Below, in pieces: positions 20,041-29,112 of a stretch of DNA of 64,000 nucleotides (position 1 is its first letter; every line of letters begins with the position of its first letter). Source of the DNA: Candidatus Aenigmatarchaeota archaeon (GTDB taxonomy: Archaea > Aenigmatarchaeota > Aenigmatarchaeia > Aenigmatarchaeales > Aenigmatarchaeaceae); the NCBI GenBank assembly GCA_043802485.1, contig JAZDKZ010000007.1, forward strand, positions 32,001 to 96,000. Direction: 5' to 3'. Below the pieces are notes generated by a model. That model did no database searches and was not told the origin of the DNA. It saw only the letters and a program-made list of their open reading frames with translations. The position numbers and the translations under genes are program-made.

Positions 20041-21075
20041 TTATTTCCATAGCCTGCTAGGAACCCATTTCAAACCCCTGACAGGCATTTTCTCTCCGCA
20101 TTTGGGGCATTTCAGGTCCTTTTTGAGCAAGAGCCTTTTTACGCCCATGATGCTTCTTTCAATGGCCAGTTCTCCGCATTCCGGGCAGTATGTGTTCTCC
20201 AGCTTGTGGCCATGAACGTTACCGACATAGACATATTTCAGGCCCTGTTCCTTGGCTACCTTGTAGGCCTTTTCCAAAGTTTCCACGGGTGTCCTAGGCA
20301 ATTCTGTCATCTTGTGTGTTGGAAAGAACTGCAGAATATGAAAAGGCATCTCCTCCCCCAGATTGTCAACAATCCACTTGCACAGCTTTTTCAAATCCTC
20401 CATATTGTCGCCTATTTCCGGAACTAACAGGTCGGTTATTTCAGTGTAGACCTTGCTCTTCTTGTAGGCCAGCAAGGCATCGAATATGGGCTCGACTTTT
20501 GGTACTTGGGATAACTTGCTGTAAAAGTCCGGATTTGCAGAGCCCTTGAAATCCACGGTGGCGGCGTCAAGGTATCTTGATATCTTATTTATCGCTTTAG
20601 GAGAGGTGTAGCCGTTGGTCACAAACATGTTGTACAGGCCCTGCTCTGATGCTATTTTGGCTGTGTCATAAGCGAATTCATAGAATACAGTAGGCTCGAC
20701 ATAAGTGTAGGAGATGCCTTGCACTCCATTTTTCTTTGCCAGTTCCACGACTGCTTCTGGTGTATAGTCCTCGCCCGAGATATCAGCCTCCTGTGATATC
20801 TGCCAGTTGCAGCAAAAATCACAGCGAAAGTTACAGCCAACGCTGGATATGGACAAGGTCTTTGAACCGGGAGCAAACATGTACAAAGGCTTCTTTTCTA
20901 TAGGATCCACAGCCACGGAATAGAGCTTTCCGTAGACAAGCGAATAGAGCTTTCCCTTTACGTTCTTTCTGACCCTGCAAAACCCGGTCTGGCCCTCGGG
21001 TATATTGCAATTTCTAGCGCACAAGCCACAGCTAACGGCATTTTCCAGCTTTTTGTAGAACAAGGCTTCCTTCAT
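20041..21075 (-). CDS. amrS: AmmeMemoRadiSam radical SAM enzyme
   Basis: CGLCARNC, DPIEKKPLY, GCNFRCDFCCNWQISQ, YVYVGNV, CPECG. Confidence 0.9.
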   Translation of the reverse strand: MKEALFYKKLENAVSCGLCARNCNIPEGQTGFCRVRKNVKGKLYSLVYGKLYSVAVDPIEKKPLYMFAPGSKTLSISSVGCNFRCDFCCNWQISQEADISGEDYTPEAVVELAKKNGVQGISYTYVEPTVFYEFAYDTAKIASEQGLYNMFVTNGYTSPKAINKISRYLDAATVDFKGSANPDFYSKLSQVPKVEPIFDALLAYKKSKVYTEITDLLVPEIGDNMEDLKKLCKWIVDNLGEEMPFHILQFFPTHKMTELPRTPVETLEKAYKVAKEQGLKYVYVGNVHGHKLENTYCPECGELAIERSIMGVKRLLLKKDLKCPKCGEKMPVRGLKWVPSRLWK

Positions 21076-21114
21076 GATAGTTATTTAATTTTCAAAGCAT
21101 TTTATACTTATTAT

Positions 21115-21200
21115 GCCCTAGTAGCTTAATCTGGTGAAGCGTTCGCCTCGTATAAGTTCGGGAAAGCGAAAGATTGCAGGTTCAAATCCTGCCTAGGGCT
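21115..21200 (+). tRNA. tRNA-Thr(CGT) with 12-nt intron at 37/38 (21153-21164)
   Basis: Acceptor GCCCTAG/CTAGGGC, stem TTCGC/GCGAA, GGTTCAAATC. Confidence 0.92.
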
Positions 21201-21255
21201 CTTTACCACAGCAAGTGGTAAAAAAGCACAAGCACTGTAAATACATACTATTTAC

Positions 21256-22091
21256 ATGCACTTAGAAACTAAATACCTAAAAGAGCTTTCCAAAAATGAA
21301 AGGGATAAGATTTTTGTTAAAATTGGTATTAAGAAAAATAAATTGAAATGCATAAGAAAATTGCCGCCAAAGCAAAAACTAATAGAATCTGCCAAAATAG
21401 CACTTCAAATAGACCCTACCACAAATGAGGATTTCATTGAGTGGATAGCCGGATATGAATGGAGAGGAATTGTTCATAATTACTTTGATAATTTAGATGC
21501 TCTTCTTTCTTTTGCCAAAAAGGAGTTGCCTGTCATTAGAAAGAGTTTTGTATACAAAAACAATCCTAAAAAGATAGATATCCTTAGAATATTGCCATCA
21601 AAAATAGATATTCTGGATTTACATTGTGATATCAATGAGGATGAAATTCATATCTGGCAAAAAAATAATAGCCGCATCAGAAGCGTTAAATTAAGAAGAG
21701 AAATAGACAAAAAATCTTTCTTGTTGGCATGTCTCTCTACGCGGGAGAGGGAACAAAATCCAAAGGAAGGCATGATGTAGAAATAGTAAATTCCAACTTC
21801 TCTTTAATAAGAATATTTATTAAATTTCTTTCGGCACTGGGCATCAAAAAAGATGAAATAGGAGCTAGAGTGCATGTGCATGATAAAAAAGACGTAGAAC
21901 ATGCAACCCAGTTATGGATGGAAAATGTCGGATTGACTAGAAAACAATTTAAGAAACCTTTGATGAAGAAAAGAGGCCGCAAAGTGAACAAGAGGTGTTT
22001 TACCTTGGATTTACGCGTCTATAATTCCATGTTACAAAATCTATTATTATACTGGCTATCTGATTTGGAAAGAATAATAGACTATATTTAA
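21256..22091 (+). pseudogene. LAGLIDADG-like endonuclease gene split by a -1 frameshift near 21709-21720 (or two ORFs, 21256-21780 and 21729-22091)
   Basis: Second frame reads (KIFLVG)MSLYAGEGTK..VEIVNSNFSLIRIFIKFL; AT-rich. Confidence 0.6.
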
Positions 22092-22105
22092 TCTCCCTCG
22101 GGGCT
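22090..22105 (+). other. possible tRNA(Thr-like) 3' fragment
   Basis: AAT-CTCCC-TCGGGGC-T has T-loop end, T-stem, acceptor and discriminator spacing. Confidence 0.4.
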
Positions 22106-22133
22106 TTTTATTTCTATTGTCTCAATTATCATT

Positions 22134-22325
22134 ATGGCCGAACTAAGAGGCTATAAAAAAATCATGAACTCAATAGAACATGATAGAATGAGAATGGCTG
22201 TAACTGGTGAATCATTTGATGATATTGTGAACGAGGGCATTTCTCCGGAAGACAGAAAATATTTGGATGATATAGATCGAAAAGTTGCTGCTGATCTCGG
22301 AAGAAAAAGAGGATATAACAAATAA
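22134..22325 (+). CDS. small hypothetical protein
   Basis: 63-aa ORF filling the gap. Confidence 0.5.
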   Translation: MAELRGYKKIMNSIEHDRMRMAVTGESFDDIVNEGISPEDRKYLDDIDRKVAADLGRKRGYNK

Positions 22326-22403
22326 TAAGAAGATAGTATATTTCTCTTAGCAGAAAGCTATAAATTTGTCAACATAATAATTAAAAGAGTAAAGGGTGAT
22401 GAA

Positions 22404-22874
22404 ATGGAAGTTAGAATATACGAGATAGAAAAGAACGCTGTTTCAAAGGTGAAGAGTATACTGGAAAGTACGGACAAAAGTGACATAGAACTCAAATGTC
22501 AAAAGTGCGAAAAAACTGAAACTAAAACAATAGACGCTGGTAGACTTACATCAGATGAGAGCAACGAAAGGTTTGAGAAAGCCAATCCTTGTACATGTGG
22601 AGGACCAACAAAAATAGTTTCCAGTAAAATTTCTTATATAAATGAACTTGTTAGAAATGGGTATGGTTTACATGGTGCTCAGGCAATCGAAGTTGAAAAG
22701 GATTCATCATTCCTCTACATAAAAGCAGACGAAGATTTTTTCAGAAAGAATGAAAAATTGTTAATGATTGAGGGTGTAAAGAAAATGGAAGGAAATGAGA
22801 TGGAAAAAATAAAAAACAAAATAGAGGAACTCGAAGAAAAGGCCTTAGAAGGCTTTGGAGGCATATTCGGATGA
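22404..22874 (+). CDS. hypothetical protein with CxxC...CxC zinc-ribbon-like segment
   Basis: GGGTGA SD; CQKC...CTCG; C-terminal EGFGGIFG. Confidence 0.7.
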   Translation: MEVRIYEIEKNAVSKVKSILESTDKSDIELKCQKCEKTETKTIDAGRLTSDESNERFEKANPCTCGGPTKIVSSKISYINELVRNGYGLHGAQAIEVEKDSSFLYIKADEDFFRKNEKLLMIEGVKKMEGNEMEKIKNKIEELEEKALEGFGGIFG

Positions 22875-23131
22875 TGGCTGTCTTCACGATTGGGGCTGAC
22901 GAAAGAAGGGTGGCCCAGATGATGGAGATTGCCCAGGCATGGGGCTTTATTGGCAAGTATTCTGATTCCAAGAGGCTCTTGGACGACGTGATAAAGAAGA
23001 AGATTGCCTATGTCCTGGTAGTCGACCCAGAGGCAATAGAAGAAAACGTAAAAAAACAGCTCCAAACCATGAACGTCAAGATAGTCAACTTCAATGACAA
23101 GAAAAGGCTCGAAGGCCTTATAAGAGTCTGA
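22871..23131 (+). CDS. hypothetical protein
   Basis: 86 aa, ATGA overlap with upstream gene. Confidence 0.65.
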   Translation: MMAVFTIGADERRVAQMMEIAQAWGFIGKYSDSKRLLDDVIKKKIAYVLVVDPEAIEENVKKQLQTMNVKIVNFNDKKRLEGLIRV

Positions 23132-23147
23132 TTCTTAATTATTTTAG

Positions 23148-23235
23148 GCGCCGATAGTCTAGCCTGGTAGGACATAAGCTTCCCAATTATCCAAGGAAAC
23201 AGCTTAGGACCCGGGTTCAAATCCCGGTCGGCGCA
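23148..23235 (+). tRNA. tRNA-Gly(CCC) with 15-nt intron at 37/38 (23186-23200)
   Basis: Acceptor GCGCCGA/TCGGCGC, stem TAAGC/GCTTA, TTCC/GGAA central helix. Confidence 0.92.
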
Positions 23236-23267
23236 CTATCATATTGATAAAAATTTCTGACATCCGA

Positions 23268-23933
23268 TTATATAGCCCCAATAGCCATCAGGTTACGACA
23301 AAAGGCGAAAATTTTATCCGTCAGGCTTAAGGTTAGAGGCTGGATGTCGTGGCTGACATAGAGGTAGTACAGAACAACAATGGTCAAACCGATTAATTCT
23401 ATGGCAGCACCTAAAGAAAATATGAACTTTTTCTTACTTACACCGTAATAAATCAAGTAGTAAATAGTTATGGCCTGCCATAAAAAGGCTACTATATATC
23501 CGATGGCGGATCTTGACAGCAGAAAACTGGAAAAGGCCGTGTTGGTCAAGATTGTAGCAAATAGCATTATAAGGTTGGCATAGTTCAAAGCAGATTTCTT
23601 AAAGTAAAGAAAGCAACCCACTGAGATAACTATACGATGCAGGCCCGCCCACATGTTCATTCCCACACCCGCACCAGCTGTTTTCGGAATAATAAAGCTG
23701 AACGAGGGTATGAAATAAAGGTCTGATATGAACATAGGAACAGTACTGGCTAGCATTATCAACCAGAACTTGTCCTTTGTCTTGTAAAAGGCGTAAGAGA
23801 AGGCTAGGAAGGCAATGGCATCGCCTGCCAAGTAGGCTTGAGTTGCCGGTGTACGTATCAACATGCTCCTAATGATTAGAATAAACGAGACTATCGCTAC
23901 TGTGTAAACAAGCAGTCTGACCTTGTCCGCCAT
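23268..23933 (-). CDS. polytopic membrane protein (about 7 TM)
   Basis: 221 aa, hydrophobic throughout. Confidence 0.7.
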   Translation of the reverse strand: MADKVRLLVYTVAIVSFILIIRSMLIRTPATQAYLAGDAIAFLAFSYAFYKTKDKFWLIMLASTVPMFISDLYFIPSFSFIIPKTAGAGVGMNMWAGLHRIVISVGCFLYFKKSALNYANLIMLFATILTNTAFSSFLLSRSAIGYIVAFLWQAITIYYLIYYGVSKKKFIFSLGAAIELIGLTIVVLYYLYVSHDIQPLTLSLTDKIFAFCRNLMAIGAI

Positions 23934-23992
23934 AGTAATATTTTTTTGTCCAGCTATTTATCTTTTCTAGAAATATGATGCTCACAAACCAT

Positions 23993-24016
23993 GTTCAAAC
24001 CCCGCCAGCCGCACCA
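23993..24016 (+). other. isolated tRNA-Gly-type 3' fragment ending in CCA (att-like)
   Basis: GTTCAAAC-CCCGC-CAGCCGC-ACCA with no 5' half upstream. Confidence 0.75.
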
Positions 24017-24044
24017 TTTTATTAAAGAAAAGTAAAGATTTAGT

Positions 24045-24527
24045 ATGGCAGAGAAGACGTATCTGGTGTTCCATCCCACAAGGCTGGCATTCATCAAACT
24101 GTATATTTTATTCTTAATCTTCATTGTAACAGGAGCAGCGTTGCTGCTTTCCATGTTCGGATTGCTGCCGTTTGATGTGCCGCTTCCTGAGGAATATTCA
24201 CTCTATGCAGCAGCGGTTTCTATTGTCATTGGGATTGTTTTGCTGATAGTAGCGGAAATAAAGCATAGAATCGACACCTACATAATGACCAATTACAGGA
24301 TAATAGAAAGACGAGGAATAGTGAGCATAAAGGAGGACTCTGTGGAATGGAATAACATAGCCAACTACACTTTTACGCAGAGCTTCCTGGAGAAGCTGCT
24401 GAACATAGGAACCATCAGACTGTATTCTTCGGGCGGGGTAGAGCATGAAGCAGAGGTTTTAATCAAGAAAACGCCTCACATAAAGAAAATAAGATTTCTT
24501 TTGGACAAATTGATACAGAGAGGGTAA
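24045..24527 (+). CDS. bPH_2 (PH-domain) membrane protein
   Basis: 2 TM then YIMTNYRIIERRGI...QSFLEKLLNIGTI. Confidence 0.85.
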   Translation: MAEKTYLVFHPTRLAFIKLYILFLIFIVTGAALLLSMFGLLPFDVPLPEEYSLYAAAVSIVIGIVLLIVAEIKHRIDTYIMTNYRIIERRGIVSIKEDSVEWNNIANYTFTQSFLEKLLNIGTIRLYSSGGVEHEAEVLIKKTPHIKKIRFLLDKLIQRG

Positions 24528-24564
24528 TGTCTTATAAATATTCATGTTTTAATTAAATTAGCAA

Positions 24565-24636
24565 GGGCCCATGGTCTAGCGGTATGACGCCACCTTGACA
24601 GGGTGGAGGCCGAGAGTTCGAATCTCTCTGGGCCCA
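24565..24636 (+). tRNA. tRNA-Val(GAC)
   Basis: GGGCCCA/TGGGCCC, CCACC-TTGACAG-GGTGG. Confidence 0.95.
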
Positions 24637-24650
24637 CTCATAGTGTTTTG

Positions 24651-27047
24651 ATGAAAATCTTTGCGGACTTGCATTTGCACAGCCATTACAGCAGAGCCAC
24701 TTCCAACAGGATGAACATAGAGAACCTGGAGAGATACGGCAAACTGAAAGGATTAAATCTCATAGGCACAGGAGACTTTACCCATCCGCTCTGGCTGAAA
24801 GAGCTTAAGGGAATCCTAAAAGAAGTGGACGGCTTCTACAAGTACAAGGAAAGCAGCGTCTCTTTTGTTCTTCAGGCAGAGGTCGCCATTATCTACAGGC
24901 AGGATGAAAAGTCAAGAAGGGTGCATCTTGTCCTTCTTGCGCCAAGCTTTGGTGTTGTCGACCAGGTTAACGATTTTTTATCAAAATATGGAAAGCTAGC
25001 ATCAGACGGCAGGCCCATTCTTACAAAGATAGACTGCGCGGAACTGACGGAAAGGCTGATGCAGATATCAAAGGATATTATGGTTATACCCGCACACTGT
25101 CTATTACCGAACACAAAAATTATTGCCAATCCAGAAGTCAAAAGCATAGAAGATGTTAAAAGGGGGGATTTTGTATATACGCACACGGGACTGAAGAGAA
25201 AAGTAACAAAGGTCTTTTCCCATAGGTATAGAGGAAAACTGCTCAAAATCACACCCTGGTATTTTTCTGTTGAAACCCCTTCAACACCTGAACACCCTTT
25301 CCTAGCTATAAAAACCAAAAAAAACTGCTCTTGGACCAGTGGAATTTGCAAACCGTCAGAAACTCATTTGAAAAGGTGTAATTCAGAGGAGCACAAAAAG
25401 TATCATCCCGAATGGATACAAGCTAAGAATCTAGAGATTGGGGATGTTTTGGTTTATCCAAGATTCAGAGAGAAAAACATAGATGTCGGCCATATAGCGT
25501 TTGGAGACAGAAAAATTGAATTAGATAGAGATTTCTGCAGGCTTGTTGGATATTACCTTGCGGAAGGCTACACTCAAGGCAATGAAGCGATAACATTTAC
25601 GTTCAATAAAAAAGAGAAAGGCTATGTTTTTGATGTGTGTTTTCTAATGAGAAAAATATTCGGTTTGAAACCATCTAAAGGAAAAACAGAAAGTGATGCC
25701 ATATTCTATTCCAAGGCCATAACTGAAAAATTTAAAGAGCTGTTTTATACTAGAAAGCCGTATAGGGCGTTTAACAAAAAATTGCCAGAGGACTTTATTT
25801 ACCTGCCAGAAGAAAAGCAAGTCGAAATTCTCAAAGGCTGGTGGAGAGGCGACAAAGGAAGCACATCATCCAGATTATTGGCGAATCAAATGAAAATTGT
25901 CTGTTTAAGATTAGGCATAATACCATCCTTTACAATCGACACTGTGCAGTCCCATAAAGAAAGGGGCAAACATTTAATAGGGGATAGAGAAATCCGAGCA
26001 AAGCATGACAATTTCATACTTCACCGATTGAGCTTTTTTGAAGACAGACTCAACCTGCTGAAGGATCCCGCATTTAAAAAATGCGTATCAAAAACAAAGA
26101 TGAGGCATGGGTGGCTGGATGGAAGGTTTATTTACATACCCATAAGAAAAATAGACATTGCTTTTTACGACGGCAATGTACTAAATTTAGAGGTCGAGAA
26201 AGATAATTCATACTTGACTGAATCTGCTGCTGTTCATAATTGCTGGACGCCGTGGTTCGCGCTTTTTGGCAGCAAGTCAGGCTTTGACAGGATAGAGGAC
26301 TGCTTCAAGGACCAGACAAAGAACATATTCGCCTTGGAGACAGGCCTTTCAAGCGATCCGGCAATGAACTGGCGCCTGTCCGCCTTGGACAAATACACGC
26401 TGATAAGCAACAGCGACTCTCACAGTCCCTGGCCGTCAAGGATAGGTAGGGAGGCGAATGTCTTCAATGCTGAAATGACCTACAAGGACGTGTTAGATGT
26501 TCTGAAGAAGAAGGACCCTAAAAGATTCCTTTACACGATAGAGGTCGACCCGTCATGGGGTAAGTACCACTGGGACGGCCACAGGGCATGCAACGTCTGC
26601 ATGAGCCCGAAGGAATCGCTAAAGCACAAGAACATTTGCCCTGTCTGTAAAAGGGAACTGACCATAGGCGTTGAGCACCGCGTCGAGGAATTAGCAGACA
26701 GGGAAGATGGCTTCAGGCCTGATGGAGCGATACCATTCAAGAAGATTATACCCCTTTCTGAATTGATAGCAACAGTGTACAACACCCAATCTTTCGCGAA
26801 AAAGGTGTGGGCAGAGTCATCCAAATTATTGAACGAGTTCGGCTCAGAGTTCAAGGTCCTTTTGGAGACGCCGGAGGAGAACCTGAGAATAGTGACGCAT
26901 GAGAAGATTGCCAAGCTGATAATAAAGAACCGGAACGGCGATTTGAAAATACACCCTGGCTACGACGGCGAATACGGCAAGCTTATCCTCGAAGAAGAGG
27001 GCTACATCAAACAGCCACAAAAGAGACTGGACTCTTTCACAAAATAA
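24651..27047 (+). CDS. endonuclease Q family (PHP + zinc finger) precursor containing an intein
   Basis: ADLHLHSHYSRATS, GTGDFTHP, ETGLSSDP, SNSDSHS, GKYHWDGHRAC, CPVC, PGYDGEYG. Confidence 0.9.
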   Translation: MKIFADLHLHSHYSRATSNRMNIENLERYGKLKGLNLIGTGDFTHPLWLKELKGILKEVDGFYKYKESSVSFVLQAEVAIIYRQDEKSRRVHLVLLAPSFGVVDQVNDFLSKYGKLASDGRPILTKIDCAELTERLMQISKDIMVIPAHCLLPNTKIIANPEVKSIEDVKRGDFVYTHTGLKRKVTKVFSHRYRGKLLKITPWYFSVETPSTPEHPFLAIKTKKNCSWTSGICKPSETHLKRCNSEEHKKYHPEWIQAKNLEIGDVLVYPRFREKNIDVGHIAFGDRKIELDRDFCRLVGYYLAEGYTQGNEAITFTFNKKEKGYVFDVCFLMRKIFGLKPSKGKTESDAIFYSKAITEKFKELFYTRKPYRAFNKKLPEDFIYLPEEKQVEILKGWWRGDKGSTSSRLLANQMKIVCLRLGIIPSFTIDTVQSHKERGKHLIGDREIRAKHDNFILHRLSFFEDRLNLLKDPAFKKCVSKTKMRHGWLDGRFIYIPIRKIDIAFYDGNVLNLEVEKDNSYLTESAAVHNCWTPWFALFGSKSGFDRIEDCFKDQTKNIFALETGLSSDPAMNWRLSALDKYTLISNSDSHSPWPSRIGREANVFNAEMTYKDVLDVLKKKDPKRFLYTIEVDPSWGKYHWDGHRACNVCMSPKESLKHKNICPVCKRELTIGVEHRVEELADREDGFRPDGAIPFKKIIPLSELIATVYNTQSFAKKVWAESSKLLNEFGSEFKVLLETPEENLRIVTHEKIAKLIIKNRNGDLKIHPGYDGEYGKLILEEEGYIKQPQKRLDSFTK
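25098..26240 (+). mobile_element. 381-aa intein with LAGLIDADG homing endonuclease
   Basis: PAH|CLLPNT..., TPEHPF block B, LVGYYLAEG, LKGWWRGD, VLNLEV..NSY...VHN|C. Confidence 0.93.
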
Positions 27048-27085
27048 AAAAGAAGTAGAGAAACCATAGCTTCTCCAAAAAAAGT

Positions 27086-28054
27086 CTATCTTCCAGAAAC
27101 ACTAACGCTAGCTGTTCTCTCAGCCATGTAACCGTATGTTGCGGTTACTGTGAGCTGATACGACTGCATTGTTGTCGGCGCGCTGTCAATTGTCAAATCA
27201 CAGGACAGTGTTATGTCTCTTCCTGCTACCAGTTCCTGCTCGCCTTCGCAGCTTTCGAAACCGGAAAGACCAGATGCCTCTATGTCAATCTCAACTCTGT
27301 TGAGCTCTGTGTCTGCGTCCAATGACAAGTCAGGACTGCCGCTCGAATAGTCTATCGAACCAGCCTTGTATAGTGTCGATCCACCTACATTGCTAATCTT
27401 TATCTGTAGCGTGACAACGTCAGAATCCGATGCGATTATAATCGGGTCTGGAATGGCCTTTACGTACAAAGCGACAGGTCCTCCTGTTGAAGACAGGGCT
27501 GCGCTGTTAAGTGCCTTTTCAGACGCCCTTGCGGCATCAGCTTCTGCTTGTGAGTAAACCCAAACGTTTCCCGAAACAGTTGTTGAATAGTCATAGTAGA
27601 CTCTACCTATGAAGATATCGTTCCTAATAGTTCCCTTTGATATCCCCGTCGGTGATGAGAGTGTATATGTAACGGTCTGCTCTCCTGCAGGTGTTCCCCT
27701 CACAGGGTCCTCAGGATTGAGAGCCTTTGTCAATGCAGTGTAAACGCTATCAGTTGTTCCCCTACCGCTCCAGTACAAACCGTCTGACAAGTCGTCCTTG
27801 ACACCAGAACCTGTAAGGTATATTATCGCGTCATCCATGTCAACTGCTGCCCCGCCCAGGTTGCTCACCGTCATCATCACTCTTCCTGATGAAGTGGTGT
27901 AAACCTCGGTCGGATCCGCAGTAAACTCTGTTATGACTAGGCCGTTACCCCCAACAACCGTTGTCGTTGTCTGCAGCCAAGAAGACATGTCTCCTTGTAT
28001 ACATCCAGCTACAAGCATGGTGGATAAAACTGCCAATAAAATTGCTTTTCTCAT
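27086..28054 (-). CDS. predicted lipoprotein, paralog family member 1
   Basis: LVAGC lipobox-like motif; YDYST...GGPV...NVGG...YGY pattern. Confidence 0.8.
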   Translation of the reverse strand: MRKAILLAVLSTMLVAGCIQGDMSSWLQTTTTVVGGNGLVITEFTADPTEVYTTSSGRVMMTVSNLGGAAVDMDDAIIYLTGSGVKDDLSDGLYWSGRGTTDSVYTALTKALNPEDPVRGTPAGEQTVTYTLSSPTGISKGTIRNDIFIGRVYYDYSTTVSGNVWVYSQAEADAARASEKALNSAALSSTGGPVALYVKAIPDPIIIASDSDVVTLQIKISNVGGSTLYKAGSIDYSSGSPDLSLDADTELNRVEIDIEASGLSGFESCEGEQELVAGRDITLSCDLTIDSAPTTMQSYQLTVTATYGYMAERTASVSVSGR

Positions 28055-28115
28055 TTGTTCACCTTTACTATGAAGAATTGTAAAGTTGATATTTATAATT
28101 TGTGGTAGAAGGCAA

Positions 28116-29051
28116 CTATCTGCCCTGGACTGTCACGGAAGCGGTCCTTTCGGTGTAGTAGCCATAGTCTACGGTGACATCAAACTGGAACGACTGGAAG
28201 GTTGATACATCAGTAGTGACGTCTATATCACAGACTATTGTCATGTCCCTTCCTGCTACCAGTTCCTGGTCATCCAGACTCTGGCATTCTGAATCCAGAG
28301 TCAAACCAGACCCAACATCTATGCTCACATCCACCCTGTTTATTTCTTCCATGGTTAATGTGACATCACTACTGTCACTACCATAGGGTATGGCACCTGG
28401 CGAATATATCGTACCTGACGCGAGGTTGTTTATTTTTATAAAAACAGTGAACGTGTTGCTTCCCTCATATACTATCAGGGGTGTGGGAGAGACTGAAATG
28501 CTTAGACCAACAGGACCCTTGGTATAAGTGAATGAAGGCGTGTACAACTGCCTTCCTGCTGCCCTTGCGGCATCAGCCTCAGACTCGGAATACACCCAAA
28601 CGTTCCCGTTTGCGCTAGTAGAATAATCATGATAGACTCTTGCTATGAAAATGTCGTTTCTTGTCTGTCCTGGGTCCAAATCAGGCGCAGTCAGAGTTTC
28701 TGAGTACCTGTAAGTAGACGGTGGGACACCTCTCACAACGTCCTCAGCCCTCATTTCCTTGTCAAGGGTCTCGAAATCGGCCACCGAACCAAACCAGTCA
28801 ACAAAGTTCGAACCTGTGACATATATCTTTGAACCACCGTCAGCAACGGTTGTTCCTCCGCGGTTTTCAATTTCCATGACAAGCCTGACAGAACTGCCAC
28901 TGAATATGGATGTTGGCTCTGCCGTGAAGCTGATAATCTCCAGCCCGCTGCCGCCTGTTAAAGAACTACCGCCCAGATTTCCCATGTCAATGTCTACACA
29001 ACCGGCTACAAGAAGCACTGATAAAACTGATAGCAAAATTTTTGATTTCAT
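28116..29051 (-). CDS. predicted lipoprotein, member 2
   Basis: LVAGC; strongly similar to member 1. Confidence 0.8.
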   Translation of the reverse strand: MKSKILLSVLSVLLVAGCVDIDMGNLGGSSLTGGSGLEIISFTAEPTSIFSGSSVRLVMEIENRGGTTVADGGSKIYVTGSNFVDWFGSVADFETLDKEMRAEDVVRGVPPSTYRYSETLTAPDLDPGQTRNDIFIARVYHDYSTSANGNVWVYSESEADAARAAGRQLYTPSFTYTKGPVGLSISVSPTPLIVYEGSNTFTVFIKINNLASGTIYSPGAIPYGSDSSDVTLTMEEINRVDVSIDVGSGLTLDSECQSLDDQELVAGRDMTIVCDIDVTTDVSTFQSFQFDVTVDYGYYTERTASVTVQGR

Positions 29052-29112
29052 CTTTTCACTCTAAAATAAGATTATCAAATTGGTATTTATAATTTGCAGT
29101 AAACACACTACA

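Noticed and set aside
23268..23933. Microbial rhodopsin
   Set aside because: About 7 TM but no DxxxK retinal-binding motif in the last helix
23993..24016. 3' half of a trans-spliced split tRNA
   Set aside because: Starts only at the T-loop and lacks a GC-rich complementary leader or BHB flank
24603..24650. N-terminal extension of the EndoQ ORF (likewise 6252-6305)
   Set aside because: Overlaps tRNA genes; downstream ATGs give sensible N-termini
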